Below, piece by piece: positions 16,742 through 27,735 of a stretch of 49,644 nucleotides of DNA (position 1 is its first letter; every line of letters starts with the position of its first letter). A program made the translations under genes and the position numbers. The stretch comes from Gammaproteobacteria bacterium (GTDB taxonomy: Bacteria > Pseudomonadota > Gammaproteobacteria > GCA-002705445 > GCA-002716945): assembly GCA_045561295.1 (NCBI GenBank), contig JBJKYD010000008.1:1-49644 (forward strand), written 5' to 3'. The notes below the pieces were generated by a model. It was not told the DNA's origin. It saw only the letters and a program-made list of their open reading frames with translations, and made no database searches.

Positions 16742-16936
16742 ATGGATAAAAGTAAAAATATAATCGACTACAAAAACTTAGGCTACATAAAAAAGTATAT
16801 ATCTGAAGCGGGTAAACTTATTCCTTGTAGAGTTTCAGGTTTAAATGCTAGTGAGCAAAGAAAAATGAATAAAGCTGTCAAAATTGCAAGATTTTTAGCA
16901 TTGATTCCATATTGCGATAATCATAAAAGACAATGA
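16742..16936 (+). CDS. rpsR: 30S ribosomal protein S18 (short N-terminus)
   Basis: IDYKN, GKLIP.R.SG, QR...AVKIARFLALIPY. Confidence 0.95.
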   Translation: MDKSKNIIDYKNLGYIKKYISEAGKLIPCRVSGLNASEQRKMNKAVKIARFLALIPYCDNHKRQ

Positions 16937-17403
16937 AGTTAGTTTTACTTAAAGATGTTAAGCATTTAGGTAAAGTTGGCGAAGAAATCAATGTTAAAGC
17001 TGGCTATGCCAGAAACTATTTATTACCTACTCAATCAGCACTAACACCTACTAGTGAAAATTTAGAAATCATTGATAAAATGAAGGATGATCTTATTAAA
17101 AAAGAACAGGAAGTTAAAGATATTGCTATGTCATTAAAAGAAAAGCTTAATGGTTATAATCAGTTGCACAAAGTTAAAATAAAAGAGGATAGCAATGAAT
17201 TGTTTGGATCTATAACACTTCAAAATATTATAGATAAAATGAAAGAAGACGGTCATGTAATTGAAAAAAAACAAATAAATTTACCCTCTGGAGCAATAAA
17301 AGAACTTGGAACTTATCGTGCTAATATTTCACTTCATCCTGAAGTTGCATGTGATATTGAAATAATTGCTGAAAAATCTGAAGATACTGAAGAAACTGTC
17401 TAA
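16933..17403 (+). CDS. rplI: 50S ribosomal protein L9
   Basis: LGKVG..VKAGYARNYLLP, LFGSI, LHPEV. Confidence 0.96.
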   Translation: MKLVLLKDVKHLGKVGEEINVKAGYARNYLLPTQSALTPTSENLEIIDKMKDDLIKKEQEVKDIAMSLKEKLNGYNQLHKVKIKEDSNELFGSITLQNIIDKMKEDGHVIEKKQINLPSGAIKELGTYRANISLHPEVACDIEIIAEKSEDTEETV

Positions 17404-17446
17404 GTCAAGATTCTAAATCTATTATTTATCAGCTAATATACTGGTA

Positions 17447-18802
17447 ATGAGTTCACTTCCAAAAACACCGATATCAATTGAATCTGAGAAAGCACTATTA
17501 GGATCTTTAATTATTGATTCTGAATCTTGGGAGAAAATATCAAATATTATTACTCCTGCAGACTTTTATGATTCAAAAAATCGTGATGTCTTTTCTGAAA
17601 TCTATGACCTTCAAATAAATGACCAACCTTTAGATATATTAATTCTTGAGGAAAGTCTTAAATCGAGAGATAAGTTATTAAAAATTGGTGGTATTGAGTA
17701 TTTAAAAGAACTAGCTAAAACAGTTCCAACTTCTGCACATATCATCAAGTATGCTGAAATTGTAAGAGAAAAATCTGTGATGAGAAAACTTATCAGTGCC
17801 AGCACTAGAACAATTGAGAGTATTCATGAAGATAGCTCTGAAGACCTTAGAACAATTCTTGATAAAGCTGAGGCTGATATATTTTCAATTGCATCTGACA
17901 CAAAAAAACATGAGGGTCTCATTAAAATCGGACCAATCGTAAACGATATGGTGGATTCTATCTATAATAAAAGAAATAATAATATAATTGATTATCTGTT
18001 AACTGGATATAAAAAACTTGATGAATTGATGGGAGGACTTCAAAATTCTGATCTTGTAGTAATAGCTGCACGACCATCTATGGGTAAAACTGCATTAGCT
18101 ATGAATATAGCTCAGGATATTGTTTTTAATCAGAAGAAGAAAGTAGGATTCTTCAGTTTAGAGATGTCTTCTCAATCTATTGCACTTAGGATGTTATCAT
18201 CTTTAAGCACAGTAGAGTTCTCCAAAATCAGAACTGGAGACTATGAATCATCAAATGATGATACAAGAGCAGTTACCCAAGCTATTGATATGATGCAAGA
18301 TTGTTCCCTATATATCGATGATACTGGGAGTATCACACCAATGACCCTTAGATCAAGAGCTAGAAGAATGAAGAGGGAAACTGGTATTGACATGATTATC
18401 TTAGATTATCTGCAATTAATGACACTCCCAGAAAAAAGTGAAAACAGAGTAAATGAGATTGCTTCAATTACTAGACAATTAAAGAGTTTGGCGAAAGAAC
18501 TAGATATACCAATAATTGCACTTTCCCAGCTTAACCGTAGTCTAGAACAAAGAAATGATAAAAGACCATTTTTATCAGATTTACGAGAGTCTGGTTCTAT
18601 AGAGCAAGATGCTGATGTTGTAATGTTCATCTACAGAGATGATGTTTATAATCCAAACTCTGAAGATAAGAATATTGCTGAAATTAATATAGCAAAACAT
18701 AGAAATGGACCTACTGGTACAGCGAAATTAACCTTTTTATCACATTGCACAAGATTTGAGGATTATCATCCACAAATATTTGAGAATACTGAGAATTTAT
18801 AG
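17447..18802 (+). CDS. dnaB: Replicative DNA helicase
   Basis: AARPSMGKT, FSLEM, DYLQLM, LSQLNR, SDLRESGSIEQDAD, KHRNGP. Confidence 0.98.
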   Translation: MSSLPKTPISIESEKALLGSLIIDSESWEKISNIITPADFYDSKNRDVFSEIYDLQINDQPLDILILEESLKSRDKLLKIGGIEYLKELAKTVPTSAHIIKYAEIVREKSVMRKLISASTRTIESIHEDSSEDLRTILDKAEADIFSIASDTKKHEGLIKIGPIVNDMVDSIYNKRNNNIIDYLLTGYKKLDELMGGLQNSDLVVIAARPSMGKTALAMNIAQDIVFNQKKKVGFFSLEMSSQSIALRMLSSLSTVEFSKIRTGDYESSNDDTRAVTQAIDMMQDCSLYIDDTGSITPMTLRSRARRMKRETGIDMIILDYLQLMTLPEKSENRVNEIASITRQLKSLAKELDIPIIALSQLNRSLEQRNDKRPFLSDLRESGSIEQDADVVMFIYRDDVYNPNSEDKNIAEINIAKHRNGPTGTAKLTFLSHCTRFEDYHPQIFENTENL

Positions 18803-18806
18803 AATA

Positions 18807-19130
18807 TTATTCTTCTAATAACTTAAGTTTATCTGGTTTATTTTCCCATTCCTTTGCATCGTCTGGAGCTGCTTTAGCTTCTGTAATTAATGGCCAAGTT
18901 GCTGATAATCTTGTATTTATTTCCAAATACTTTTTATCCTCATCTTTCAAATCATCTTCAGATACTATCGCATTTATAGGACATTCTGGCTCACAAAGAC
19001 TGCAATCAATACATTCTTCAGGATTTATTACTAGAAAATTTGGTCCTTCATGAAAACAGTCCACAGGGCAAACTTCTACGCAATCTGTGTATTTACATTT
19101 TATACAATTTTCTGTGATTACATACGTCAT
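18807..19130 (-). CDS. fdxA: Ferredoxin, FdxA (7Fe) type
   Basis: [51 protein letters not shown]. Start reassigned to ATG 19130. Confidence 0.94.
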   Translation of the reverse strand: MTYVITENCIKCKYTDCVEVCPVDCFHEGPNFLVINPEECIDCSLCEPECPINAIVSEDDLKDEDKKYLEINTRLSATWPLITEAKAAPDDAKEWENKPDKLKLLEE

Positions 19131-19327
19131 ATACAATGCAAATATTAACATACAGATTATTAAAAGACATTTCTTTAAAAAAGATCTGCATTGAAAAATA
19201 ATATGCCTGAAAAGAAGATAAATGTTAGTATTTAAATCAGCAATCTATCTGAAAATAAATACTAAATTCAATCTATTTAAATAAAGATTGAAGATTAGAT
19301 GCTTTTTTATTAATATCTTGTCATTAT

Positions 19328-19400
19328 TCCTCGGTAGCTCAGTTGGTAGAGCGAGTGACTGTTAATCACCAGGTCGGCGGTTCGAGTCCGTCCCGAGGAG
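19328..19400 (+). tRNA. tRNA-Asn (GTT), CCA not encoded
   Basis: Acceptor TCCTCGG/CCGAGGA, D-arm AGCTCAGTTGGTAGAGC, anticodon loop CTGTTAA, T-loop GGTTCGAGTCC. Confidence 0.96.
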
Positions 19401-19491
19401 AATGAATTCTTATTCAATTTCAACTTTTGAGGACTTGCAGGGCATTGTGTAGTATAGTGCTGAAAAATCTTTTCTTGAGAAACTAATATCC

Positions 19492-21300
19492 ATGGAACAA
19501 ATTAGAAATATAGCAATTATCGCTCACGTAGATCACGGTAAAACAACACTTATTGATTCTATAATGATGCAAGCAGGTATTTTTAGAGAAAATAAAGTGG
19601 TATCAGAGCGCGTTATGGATTCCGGAGATTTAGAAAAAGAGAGAGGTATTACTATCTTAGCAAAACCTACTTCTGTTTTATGGAAAAATACCCGCATCAA
19701 TATTATCGATACTCCGGGCCATGCAGATTTTGGTGGAGAAGTTGAAAGAGTATTAAGTATGACAGATGGAGTAATACTGTTAGTCGATGCAGCTGAAGGC
19801 GCGATGCCACAAACTAAATTTGTATTATCAAAGGCGCTAGCTCAAGGGCTAAGACCTATAGTTGTAGTCAATAAAATTGACAAAACTGATAGTAGAGCAG
19901 ATAAAGTAATAGATGATGTTTTCGACCTCTTCGTTTCATTAGACGCAACAGATAAGCAATTAGATTTTCCAATTTTATATGCATCTGGAAGAGACGGGTG
20001 GTGTACTTCTGATTTAGATAAAAAACAAGATAATCTCCATGAAATGCTTGATTTGATTTTAGATTATGTTGAAGAGCCAAAAGTCAGCCAAGACAAACCA
20101 TTTGCAATGCTGTGTACATTACTTACATCTGATAAATATTTAGGAAGATGTTTAGTTGGTCGAGTAGAACAAGGTTCTGCAAAAGTTAATGATAATGTTA
20201 AAGCCATTAATCTTTCAGGACAAAGAGTTGAATCTGGCCGTTTAACAAAATTATTTAAATATGAGGGAACAGAGAGAATTCCTGTAGATACTGTATATGC
20301 AGGAGATATAATTTGTATTGCTGGGCTAGCTGAAACATCTGTATCGGACACGATATGTAATGATATGAATGATACGCCAATTAAATCCACACCTATTGAT
20401 CCTCCAACAATGTCTATCACTATAACAGTTAATGATTCACCAATATCTGGCTTAGAAGGTAAAAAAGTTACATCAACTCTTATAAGAGAAAGACTTCTAG
20501 CTGAAGACGAGACTAATGTGGCTATTTCTTTTAATGAAAATGATCAAAGAGATTCATTCGAAATTGGTGGAAGAGGAGAGCTTCAACTCGGCGTCCTTGT
20601 TGAAACAATGAGAAGAGAAGGCTTTGAATTAACTGTATCAAGACCAAAAGTAGTTTACAAGGTTAATGAAAAAGATCAAAAACTAGAACCAATCGAGGAA
20701 GTCATAATAGATGTTGATGATGAATACTCAAGTACCGTTATCGATAGTATGAATAAGAGAAAAGCATCAATGATAGATATGACAAATATTTCTGGTAAAA
20801 CTCGATTAATATTTAAATGCCCATCAAGATCACTAATAGGCTATCAAAGCCAGTTTTTGACAGAAACAAGAGGGACAGGAGTGATTAATAGATTGTTTGA
20901 CTGTTATAATGAATACAAAGGTGATGTTGCATCTAGAAGAAACGGTGTACTTATTGCTAATTCAACAGGAACTTCAGTAGCATATGCGATATTCAATCTT
21001 CAGGATCGTGGAATTATGTTTATTGACCCACAAACAAAAGTTTATCAAGGTATGATTGTTGGTGAACATAATCGACCGAATGACCTTGAAATTAATATTT
21101 TAAAAGGTAAACAATTAACAAATGTTCGCGCATCAGGTACTGACGAAGCAGTGAAATTAGTACCACCAAGAAAAATGTCATTAGAACAAATGATGGCCTA
21201 CATAGATGAGGATGAAGTATTAGAGGTAACTCCTATGAGCTTGAGGCTAAGAAAGAAATATTTAGATCCGCACGAAAGAAAAAGAGCTGCAAAATTATAG
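19492..21300 (+). CDS. typA: Translational GTPase TypA/BipA
   Basis: IAHVDHGKTT, ERGITI, DTPGHADFGGEVER, GRGELQL, KQLTNVRASG. Confidence 0.97.
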   Translation: MEQIRNIAIIAHVDHGKTTLIDSIMMQAGIFRENKVVSERVMDSGDLEKERGITILAKPTSVLWKNTRINIIDTPGHADFGGEVERVLSMTDGVILLVDAAEGAMPQTKFVLSKALAQGLRPIVVVNKIDKTDSRADKVIDDVFDLFVSLDATDKQLDFPILYASGRDGWCTSDLDKKQDNLHEMLDLILDYVEEPKVSQDKPFAMLCTLLTSDKYLGRCLVGRVEQGSAKVNDNVKAINLSGQRVESGRLTKLFKYEGTERIPVDTVYAGDIICIAGLAETSVSDTICNDMNDTPIKSTPIDPPTMSITITVNDSPISGLEGKKVTSTLIRERLLAEDETNVAISFNENDQRDSFEIGGRGELQLGVLVETMRREGFELTVSRPKVVYKVNEKDQKLEPIEEVIIDVDDEYSSTVIDSMNKRKASMIDMTNISGKTRLIFKCPSRSLIGYQSQFLTETRGTGVINRLFDCYNEYKGDVASRRNGVLIANSTGTSVAYAIFNLQDRGIMFIDPQTKVYQGMIVGEHNRPNDLEINILKGKQLTNVRASGTDEAVKLVPPRKMSLEQMMAYIDEDEVLEVTPMSLRLRKKYLDPHERKRAAKL

Positions 21301-22476
21301 AGTCAAAGTGTTTTTAAGCCGTTCCATTGCATTTTTTAAAGAATCTATGTCGATAGCAATAGATATTCTTATATGACCTTCTATACCAAAGGCACTTCCT
21401 GGCACAACAGCAACTTTTGATTTTTCTAAAATATATAAAGCTAGTTCTTTATCATTTGAGACAATTTCACTTTTCTCAATAAAATTTTTAAAAGATGGAA
21501 AAACATAAAATGTCCCATCAGTAGGCTTGCATTCTACACCTTCAATTTGATTTAATTCTGATACAACAAAATCATGCCTTTCTTTGTATTGTTTATTCAT
21601 ATCGGGCAGCTCAAGACAAGCGTTACTTAAAGCCGCTTCCGCTGCAGCTTGAGATATCGAACTAGCACATGAAGTGCTTTGTGACTGAAGGGTTTTCATT
21701 TTTTTAATAATTTCTTTGTTGCCTGCAGCATATCCTATTCTCCACCCTGTCATAGAGTATGCCTTTGAAACCCCATTGAGAATAACCGTGCGTTCTTTTA
21801 GAAGAGGAGCAACGTTGAGTATATTATGAAATTTTTCGTCAGACCAATGTATATGCTCATAAATGTCATCAGATGAGATAAATATATTTTTATGATTTAA
21901 AAGCACTGACGCCAATTCATTTAATAACTTTGAATCATAATATTTACCGCTCGGATTATTTGGACTATTAATCATAAAAAGTTTGGTTTTTTCATTTATG
22001 AGACTTTTAAATTCATCAATATTAATATTAAAATTATTTTCATATTCTGTCTCTAACATAACAGGTACTCCACCAGAATATTTAACCATATCTGCATATG
22101 AGACCCAGTATGGCTGAGGTATAATAACTTCATCACCATTATCAATAATAACTTGAAGGAAGTTGAATATAGATTGTTTACAGCCTGCTGAAACAACCAC
22201 TTCGTCTAAACCGTAATCTAAATTATTCTCCGATTTAAATTTTTTAATTATGGCCTTTTTGAGTGAAAGCGTTCCGTCAACAGCTGTATATTTGGTCATA
22301 CCATTATCTATAGCAATTTTAGCTGAATCTTTAATATATTTTGGTGTATCAAAATCAGGTTCGCCAACAGTGAGTACAATTATATCTTCACCTTTCTGGC
22401 GGAGTTCATTTGCTTTAGATGTTAATGCCATTGTAGAAGATGGCTGAATTAAATTTATACGTTTTGAAAATTTCAA
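21295..22476 (-). CDS. PLP-dependent class I aminotransferase (aspartate aminotransferase type)
   Basis: GEPDFDTP, NSPNNPSG, DDIYE, SKAYSMTGWRIG; TTG start; divergent from uvrB. Confidence 0.92.
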   Translation of the reverse strand: MKFSKRINLIQPSSTMALTSKANELRQKGEDIIVLTVGEPDFDTPKYIKDSAKIAIDNGMTKYTAVDGTLSLKKAIIKKFKSENNLDYGLDEVVVSAGCKQSIFNFLQVIIDNGDEVIIPQPYWVSYADMVKYSGGVPVMLETEYENNFNINIDEFKSLINEKTKLFMINSPNNPSGKYYDSKLLNELASVLLNHKNIFISSDDIYEHIHWSDEKFHNILNVAPLLKERTVILNGVSKAYSMTGWRIGYAAGNKEIIKKMKTLQSQSTSCASSISQAAAEAALSNACLELPDMNKQYKERHDFVVSELNQIEGVECKPTDGTFYVFPSFKNFIEKSEIVSNDKELALYILEKSKVAVVPGSAFGIEGHIRISIAIDIDSLKNAMERLKNTLTL

Positions 22477-22545
22477 TAGTGTTCCTATAAAAAGGTTATA
22501 ATATCATGAATGTATTAATTAAGTAAGTGAGCGGAAAACATTATC

Positions 22546-24564
22546 ATGAAAAGACTAACCTTAAAATCTAACATGAAACCAAATGGAGATCAGCCAAAGG
22601 CGATCAAAGCTCTAGTTGACGGCATATCAAAAAGCCTAAGTCATCAGACACTTCTTGGGGTAACAGGCTCAGGAAAGACATACACCATGGCCAATATTAT
22701 CTCTCAAACTAACAAAACTACTCTTGTATTGGCTCCTAATAAAACACTTGCTGCACAACTCTATGCTGAAATGCGAGAATTCTTCCCAAATAATTCTGTT
22801 GAATACTTTGTCTCTTATTATGACTATTATCAGCCCGAGGCATATGTTCCAGTATCAGATACATTTATTGAAAAAGATGCATCTCTTAATGAACATATTG
22901 AACAAATGAGATTATCAGCAACAAAATCACTAACTGAAAGAAAAGATGCGATAGTAGTAGGAACTGTATCAGCTATCTATGGTCTGGGGGATCCAGAGAC
23001 ATATTTCAAAATGATACTTCACGTTGTAAAAGGTGATGTTATTCATCAAAGAGACATTCTTAGAAAGCTTACAGAGCTACAGTATGTAAGAAATGATATT
23101 GAACTTAGAAGGGGAACATATCAGGTAAAGGGTCAAGTCATAGATATATTTCCTGGTGATTCTGAAAAGCATGCTATCAGAGTTGATTTATTTGGGGATG
23201 AAATAGAAAATATATTTCTTTTTGATCCTTTAACTGGGGATGTGGTTAAACAACTTAATAGAGTCACAGTTTATCCGAAAACACACTATGTAACGCCTCA
23301 ACACAAGATTGATGATGCAATGATAAAAATAAAAAAAGAACTCAAAGAGAGAATAAAATATTTTTCAGATAACTCTAAGCTTATAGAAGAACAAAGAATA
23401 AGAGAAAGAACCAATTATGATTTAGAAATGATGAAAGAGATGGGTTATTGTTCTGGCATTGAAAATTATTCTCGGTATTTATCAGGGAGAAATCCTGGTG
23501 ACCCTCCACCTTGTCTTTTAGATTATATGCCAGATGACGGTTTAGTAATTATCGATGAGAGTCACGTTGGAGTCCCCCAGCTTGGAGGTATGTATCGAGG
23601 AGATCAATCAAGAAAACAAACTCTTGTAGATTATGGATTTCGTCTTCCATCAGCTATGGACAATCGTCCGTTAAAATTTGATGAATTTGAGGAATATAAT
23701 TTCCAGACCATCTATGTTTCAGCAACACCAGGACCATATGAACTTGATAAATCAACAGCTATCATTGAACAAGTGATACGACCTACTGGCTTAATAGATC
23801 CTATTATTGAAGTTAGACCTTCATCTAGTCAAGTGGAAGATGTTTTATCTGAAATCCATAAAGTTACAAAGAATGGAAACAGAGTACTTATAACAACATT
23901 AACAAAAAAAATGTCTGAAAACTTATCCGAATACCTGCAAGAACATAATATAAAAGTGAAATATCTTCACTCAGATATTGACACTGTAGAAAGAGTTGAG
24001 ATTATCAGAGATTTAAGAAAAGGGGAGTTTGATGTTTTAGTTGGCATTAATCTTTTACGTGAAGGTTTAGATATTCCTGAGGTTGAGCTGGTATCGATTT
24101 TTGATGCCGACAAAGAAGGTTTTTTAAGATCAGATAGATCTTTAATTCAAACTATAGGAAGGGCTGCTAGAAATATAAACGGAAGATGTATTTTGTATGG
24201 CGACAATATAACAGGATCTATGAAAAGAGCGATGGATGAAACCTCAAGAAGAAGAGACATACAGATGCAGTACAACGAAGACAATAATATTCAACCTGTC
24301 AGCATTAAAAAAGATATACGTCAAGCTCTGGACGAAGACTCATATATTGAAAACGATGCACTTGATAAGTTACAGCTAGTCAGCAGTAGTAAGAAAAAAT
24401 TTACTAAAGTAAATAGTGATAATGTCACATCAATAATTTCTCAACTTGAAAAAGAGATGTATAATCATGCAAAGAACTTGGAGTTTGAGCAAGCAGCTAA
24501 AATTAGGGACCAAATTAATGAATTACAAGAAAAATATCTAATGTTTCCAAAAGCAAAATCTTAA
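22546..24564 (+). CDS. uvrB: Excinuclease ABC subunit B
   Basis: [32 protein letters not shown] and a C-terminal UVR domain [11 protein letters not shown]. Confidence 0.98.
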   Translation: MKRLTLKSNMKPNGDQPKAIKALVDGISKSLSHQTLLGVTGSGKTYTMANIISQTNKTTLVLAPNKTLAAQLYAEMREFFPNNSVEYFVSYYDYYQPEAYVPVSDTFIEKDASLNEHIEQMRLSATKSLTERKDAIVVGTVSAIYGLGDPETYFKMILHVVKGDVIHQRDILRKLTELQYVRNDIELRRGTYQVKGQVIDIFPGDSEKHAIRVDLFGDEIENIFLFDPLTGDVVKQLNRVTVYPKTHYVTPQHKIDDAMIKIKKELKERIKYFSDNSKLIEEQRIRERTNYDLEMMKEMGYCSGIENYSRYLSGRNPGDPPPCLLDYMPDDGLVIIDESHVGVPQLGGMYRGDQSRKQTLVDYGFRLPSAMDNRPLKFDEFEEYNFQTIYVSATPGPYELDKSTAIIEQVIRPTGLIDPIIEVRPSSSQVEDVLSEIHKVTKNGNRVLITTLTKKMSENLSEYLQEHNIKVKYLHSDIDTVERVEIIRDLRKGEFDVLVGINLLREGLDIPEVELVSIFDADKEGFLRSDRSLIQTIGRAARNINGRCILYGDNITGSMKRAMDETSRRRDIQMQYNEDNNIQPVSIKKDIRQALDEDSYIENDALDKLQLVSSSKKKFTKVNSDNVTSIISQLEKEMYNHAKNLEFEQAAKIRDQINELQEKYLMFPKAKS

Positions 24565-24613
24565 TGGTTTTCTTGTCTACACATCAATGACATGTTAATT
24601 TACCAATTCTTAC

Positions 24614-24688
24614 AGGCGCGTAGCTCAGCTTGGTTAGAGCGCCACCTTGACATGGTGGAGGTCGTTGGTTCGAGTCCAATCGTGCCTA
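24614..24688 (+). tRNA. tRNA-Val (GAC), CCA not encoded
   Basis: Acceptor AGGCGCG/CGTGCCT, anticodon arm CCACC-TTGACAT-GGTGG, T-loop GGTTCGAGTCC. Confidence 0.96.
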
Positions 24689-24704
24689 ATTTAGTAAAGA
24701 AATA

Positions 24705-26591
24705 ATGAAAGTTATAATTAATAATAAAAAAATAGAAGTAGATGATAATGCAATTCTTGAAGATGTAATAAAAAAATATTTTAAAGAGAAAAATATAGTT
24801 GCAGCACATGTAGATGATGCACCAAGAGATCTATCTGATTTAGTTACAAATAATTCGATTATAGAGCCTATCACTACTGACGATAAGGATGGTCTAGATA
24901 TACTTAGACATACATGTGCCCATATATTCGGTCACGCAATAAAACAAATCTATCCTGAAGTAAAAATGGTCATTGGTCCTGTAATAGAAAACGGGTTTTA
25001 TTATGACATTTTATCAAAAAATCCAATCACGGAAAAAGATCTACAAATAATTGAAAATCGAATGAGAAAGCTTGCAAAAAAGAACTATTCAATCAAACGA
25101 GAAGTTGTATCGAAAGATAAAGCTATTAGTATATTTAAAGATAGAAAAGAACCCTATAAGATTGAATTACTTAAAGAAATTAATGAGGAAGAAATCATTG
25201 CTGTATACCATCATGAGGAATACGTCGATATGTGTAGAGGTCCTCATTTAACTAATACAAAACATATCAAAGCCTTTAAACTTATGAAAACATCGGGTTC
25301 TTATTGGAAGGGTAATTCTGAAAATCAAGCACTTACTAGGATATATGGAACAGCATGGCCAGATACAGACTCACAAGATGCATACCTTAAATCTCTAGAT
25401 GAGGCAGAAAAGAGAGATCATAGGCTTTTAGGTAAAAAACTTGATCTGTTTCACTTTCAAGAGGAGTCACCAGGTATGGTATTTTGGCATGATAAGGGAT
25501 GGACAGTATTTAACCTTATCAAAGACTTCATCACGCACCATTTAAGAAAAAACAGCTATAAGATCATAAATACACCACAAATACTTGATAAATCTTTATG
25601 GAAAAAATCTGGGCATTTAGATAAATTTGGTGATTTAATATTCGATGTTGGCTCAGAAAAGAAGGAATTTGCCATCAAACCTATGAGTTGTCCTGGACAC
25701 ATCCAGGTATTTAATCAAGGATTAAAGAGTTATAAGGACTTGCCACTAAAATATGCAGAATTTGGTGTAGTTCACAGGAATGAACCATCAGGTACTCTTC
25801 ATGGCTTGTTACGCATAAGGGCTTTCACTCAAGATGATGCGCATATTTTTTGCACATCTGATCAAATTGAACATGAAATATCATTATTAATCAATGATAT
25901 AAAGAGTATTTATGAAAGATTTGGATTCAATGATTTGAAAATTGAGCTATCTACTCGACCAGAAAAAAGAGTTGGGTCAGAAGAAATATGGGATAAAGCT
26001 GAAAGTAGCCTCAAAAAAGCTTTGGAGTCAAACAAGATTGATTTTACTGTGAACCCTGGTGATGGGGCATTTTACGGACCTAAGATTGACTTCTCACTTA
26101 GAGACTCTCTAGGAAGGGTGTGGCAACTAGGCACTATACAGCTTGATTTTTCTATGCCCGGGCGTTTAGATGCATCATATATAGATTCCGATGGAAATAA
26201 AGAGGTTCCTGTCATGATACATCGAGCAATTCTTGGATCATTAGAGAGATTTGTTGGTATATTGATTGAACATTATTCAGGGAATCTACCTTTATGGTTG
26301 TCACCCGTTCAAGTCATATTGCTCAATATTACAGATACTCAGAGAGAATACACATCGTCTCTCAATGAACAATTACAAGGATTAGGTCTTAGGTCAGAAT
26401 GTGACTTAAGTAATGAAAAGATAGGTTATAAGATTAGAAATCATGCAATGACTAGGGTACCATACATGATTATTATCGGTGATAAGGAGCTTCAGAGTAA
26501 AACAGTAAGCGTCAGAGACAGAGCTGGCAATGATTTAGGCACCATGAGCACCGAAAAATTTAGTGAATTGATTAAGAAGGAGATAGATTAA
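24705..26591 (+). CDS. thrS: Threonyl-tRNA synthetase
   Basis: RHTCAH, CRGPH, RDHR, KPMSCP, FTQDDAH, GAFYGPK, HRAILGSLERF. Confidence 0.98.
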   Translation: MKVIINNKKIEVDDNAILEDVIKKYFKEKNIVAAHVDDAPRDLSDLVTNNSIIEPITTDDKDGLDILRHTCAHIFGHAIKQIYPEVKMVIGPVIENGFYYDILSKNPITEKDLQIIENRMRKLAKKNYSIKREVVSKDKAISIFKDRKEPYKIELLKEINEEEIIAVYHHEEYVDMCRGPHLTNTKHIKAFKLMKTSGSYWKGNSENQALTRIYGTAWPDTDSQDAYLKSLDEAEKRDHRLLGKKLDLFHFQEESPGMVFWHDKGWTVFNLIKDFITHHLRKNSYKIINTPQILDKSLWKKSGHLDKFGDLIFDVGSEKKEFAIKPMSCPGHIQVFNQGLKSYKDLPLKYAEFGVVHRNEPSGTLHGLLRIRAFTQDDAHIFCTSDQIEHEISLLINDIKSIYERFGFNDLKIELSTRPEKRVGSEEIWDKAESSLKKALESNKIDFTVNPGDGAFYGPKIDFSLRDSLGRVWQLGTIQLDFSMPGRLDASYIDSDGNKEVPVMIHRAILGSLERFVGILIEHYSGNLPLWLSPVQVILLNITDTQREYTSSLNEQLQGLGLRSECDLSNEKIGYKIRNHAMTRVPYMIIIGDKELQSKTVSVRDRAGNDLGTMSTEKFSELIKKEID

Positions 26592-26609
26592 TTTTAAAGG
26601 AGAAATACC

Positions 26610-27125
26610 ATATCGAATATTAAAAGGATGCGAATTAATGATCGTATCAATGCAACAGAAGTACGCTTAATATCTTCCTCAGGCGATCAAGTAGGTGTTG
26701 TTACAAAAGCAAAAGCACTTGAGATAGCCAAAAGCGAGGAATTAGATCTTGTAGAAATAGTTGCTAACCAAACACCTCCAGTCTGTAGAGTTATGGATTT
26801 TGGCAAATATAAGTTTGAACAATCTAAAAAAGCACATGCAGCAAAGAAAAAACAGAAACAAATACAAGTAAAAGAGATTAAGTTCAGGCCCGGGACTGAA
26901 GAAGCAGATTATCAGGTTAAACTAAAAAATCTAATCAAATTCTTACAAGGTGGAGATAAAGCTAAAATCACTATGAGATTTAGAGGAAGGGAAGCAGCGC
27001 ATCAAGTAATTGGTCGTGAATTTCTTGAAAGAGTAGAAAAGGACCTATTTGAATATGGGTTAATAGAACAAAAGCCAGCATTTGAAGGTAGACAAATAGT
27101 AATGGTTATAGCGCCCAAGAAATAA
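26610..27125 (+). CDS. infC: Translation initiation factor IF-3 (probable non-AUG start, ATA at 26610)
   Basis: [39 protein letters not shown]. The SD AGGAG (26598-26602) sits 7 nt before an in-frame ATA. Confidence 0.95.
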   Translation: MSNIKRMRINDRINATEVRLISSSGDQVGVVTKAKALEIAKSEELDLVEIVANQTPPVCRVMDFGKYKFEQSKKAHAAKKKQKQIQVKEIKFRPGTEEADYQVKLKNLIKFLQGGDKAKITMRFRGREAAHQVIGREFLERVEKDLFEYGLIEQKPAFEGRQIVMVIAPKK

Positions 27126-27163
27126 ATAGGCTATACTACCCGAAATATTTAGTAAGAGAGATT

Positions 27164-27358
27164 ATGCCAAAAATGAAATCACATAGCGGAGCTGCAAAAA
27201 GGTTTAAAAAAACACCGACCGGTAGCGTAAAAAGAGGTCAATCTCACCGCAGTCACATTCTTACAAAGAAAAGCACTAAAAGAAAAAGACATCTAAGAGA
27301 TGATCTGGTAATTAGTCCTGCAGATAAAGCTGCAATAAACCGCATGTTGCCTTACTAA
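27164..27358 (+). CDS. rpmI: 50S ribosomal protein L35
   Basis: [15 protein letters not shown]...HILTKK..KRKRHLR. Confidence 0.97.
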   Translation: MPKMKSHSGAAKRFKKTPTGSVKRGQSHRSHILTKKSTKRKRHLRDDLVISPADKAAINRMLPY

Positions 27359-27370
27359 GGAGATCAAGAG

Positions 27371-27721
27371 ATGGCAAGAGTTAAAAGAGGGGTAATTGCA
27401 GGAGCGAGACATAAAAAGATACTTAAACTCGCTAAAGGGTATAAAGGCGCAAGAAGCCGTGTATATAGAGTTGCAAAACAAGCTGTTATCAAAGCCGGGC
27501 AATATGCTTACCGTGATAGAAGACAGAAGAAAAGACAGTTTAGATCTCTTTGGATTACTAAAATAAATGCTGCAGCTAGACTTAATAACTTATCTTATAG
27601 TCAATTTATGAATTATCTTCATAAGTCTGAACTTGAAATTGACAGAAAAATGTTAGCTGACATAGCAGCAAATAATCCAGAAAAATTTACTAATATCGTT
27701 AAGACAGTAATTCCAAATTAA
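27371..27721 (+). CDS. rplT: 50S ribosomal protein L20
   Basis: MARVKRG, AKGY, YAYRDRR, FRSLWI. Confidence 0.98.
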   Translation: MARVKRGVIAGARHKKILKLAKGYKGARSRVYRVAKQAVIKAGQYAYRDRRQKKRQFRSLWITKINAAARLNNLSYSQFMNYLHKSELEIDRKMLADIAANNPEKFTNIVKTVIPN

Positions 27722-27735
27722 GACTTCTTTTTGTT

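Noticed and set aside
19131-19327. Possible ncRNA in the fdxA-tRNA-Asn intergenic region (short inverted repeat AATCT...AGATT)
   Set aside because: The region is AT-rich with only weak pairing and is adequately explained as a divergent promoter region.
19401-24704. tRNA-anchored genomic island or prophage
   Set aside because: I saw no integrase and no duplicated tRNA 3' end, and the intervening genes are housekeeping.
24600-24874. Minus-strand ORFs over tRNA-Val and the thrS start
   Set aside because: They are shadow ORFs antisense to a tRNA and a core gene.
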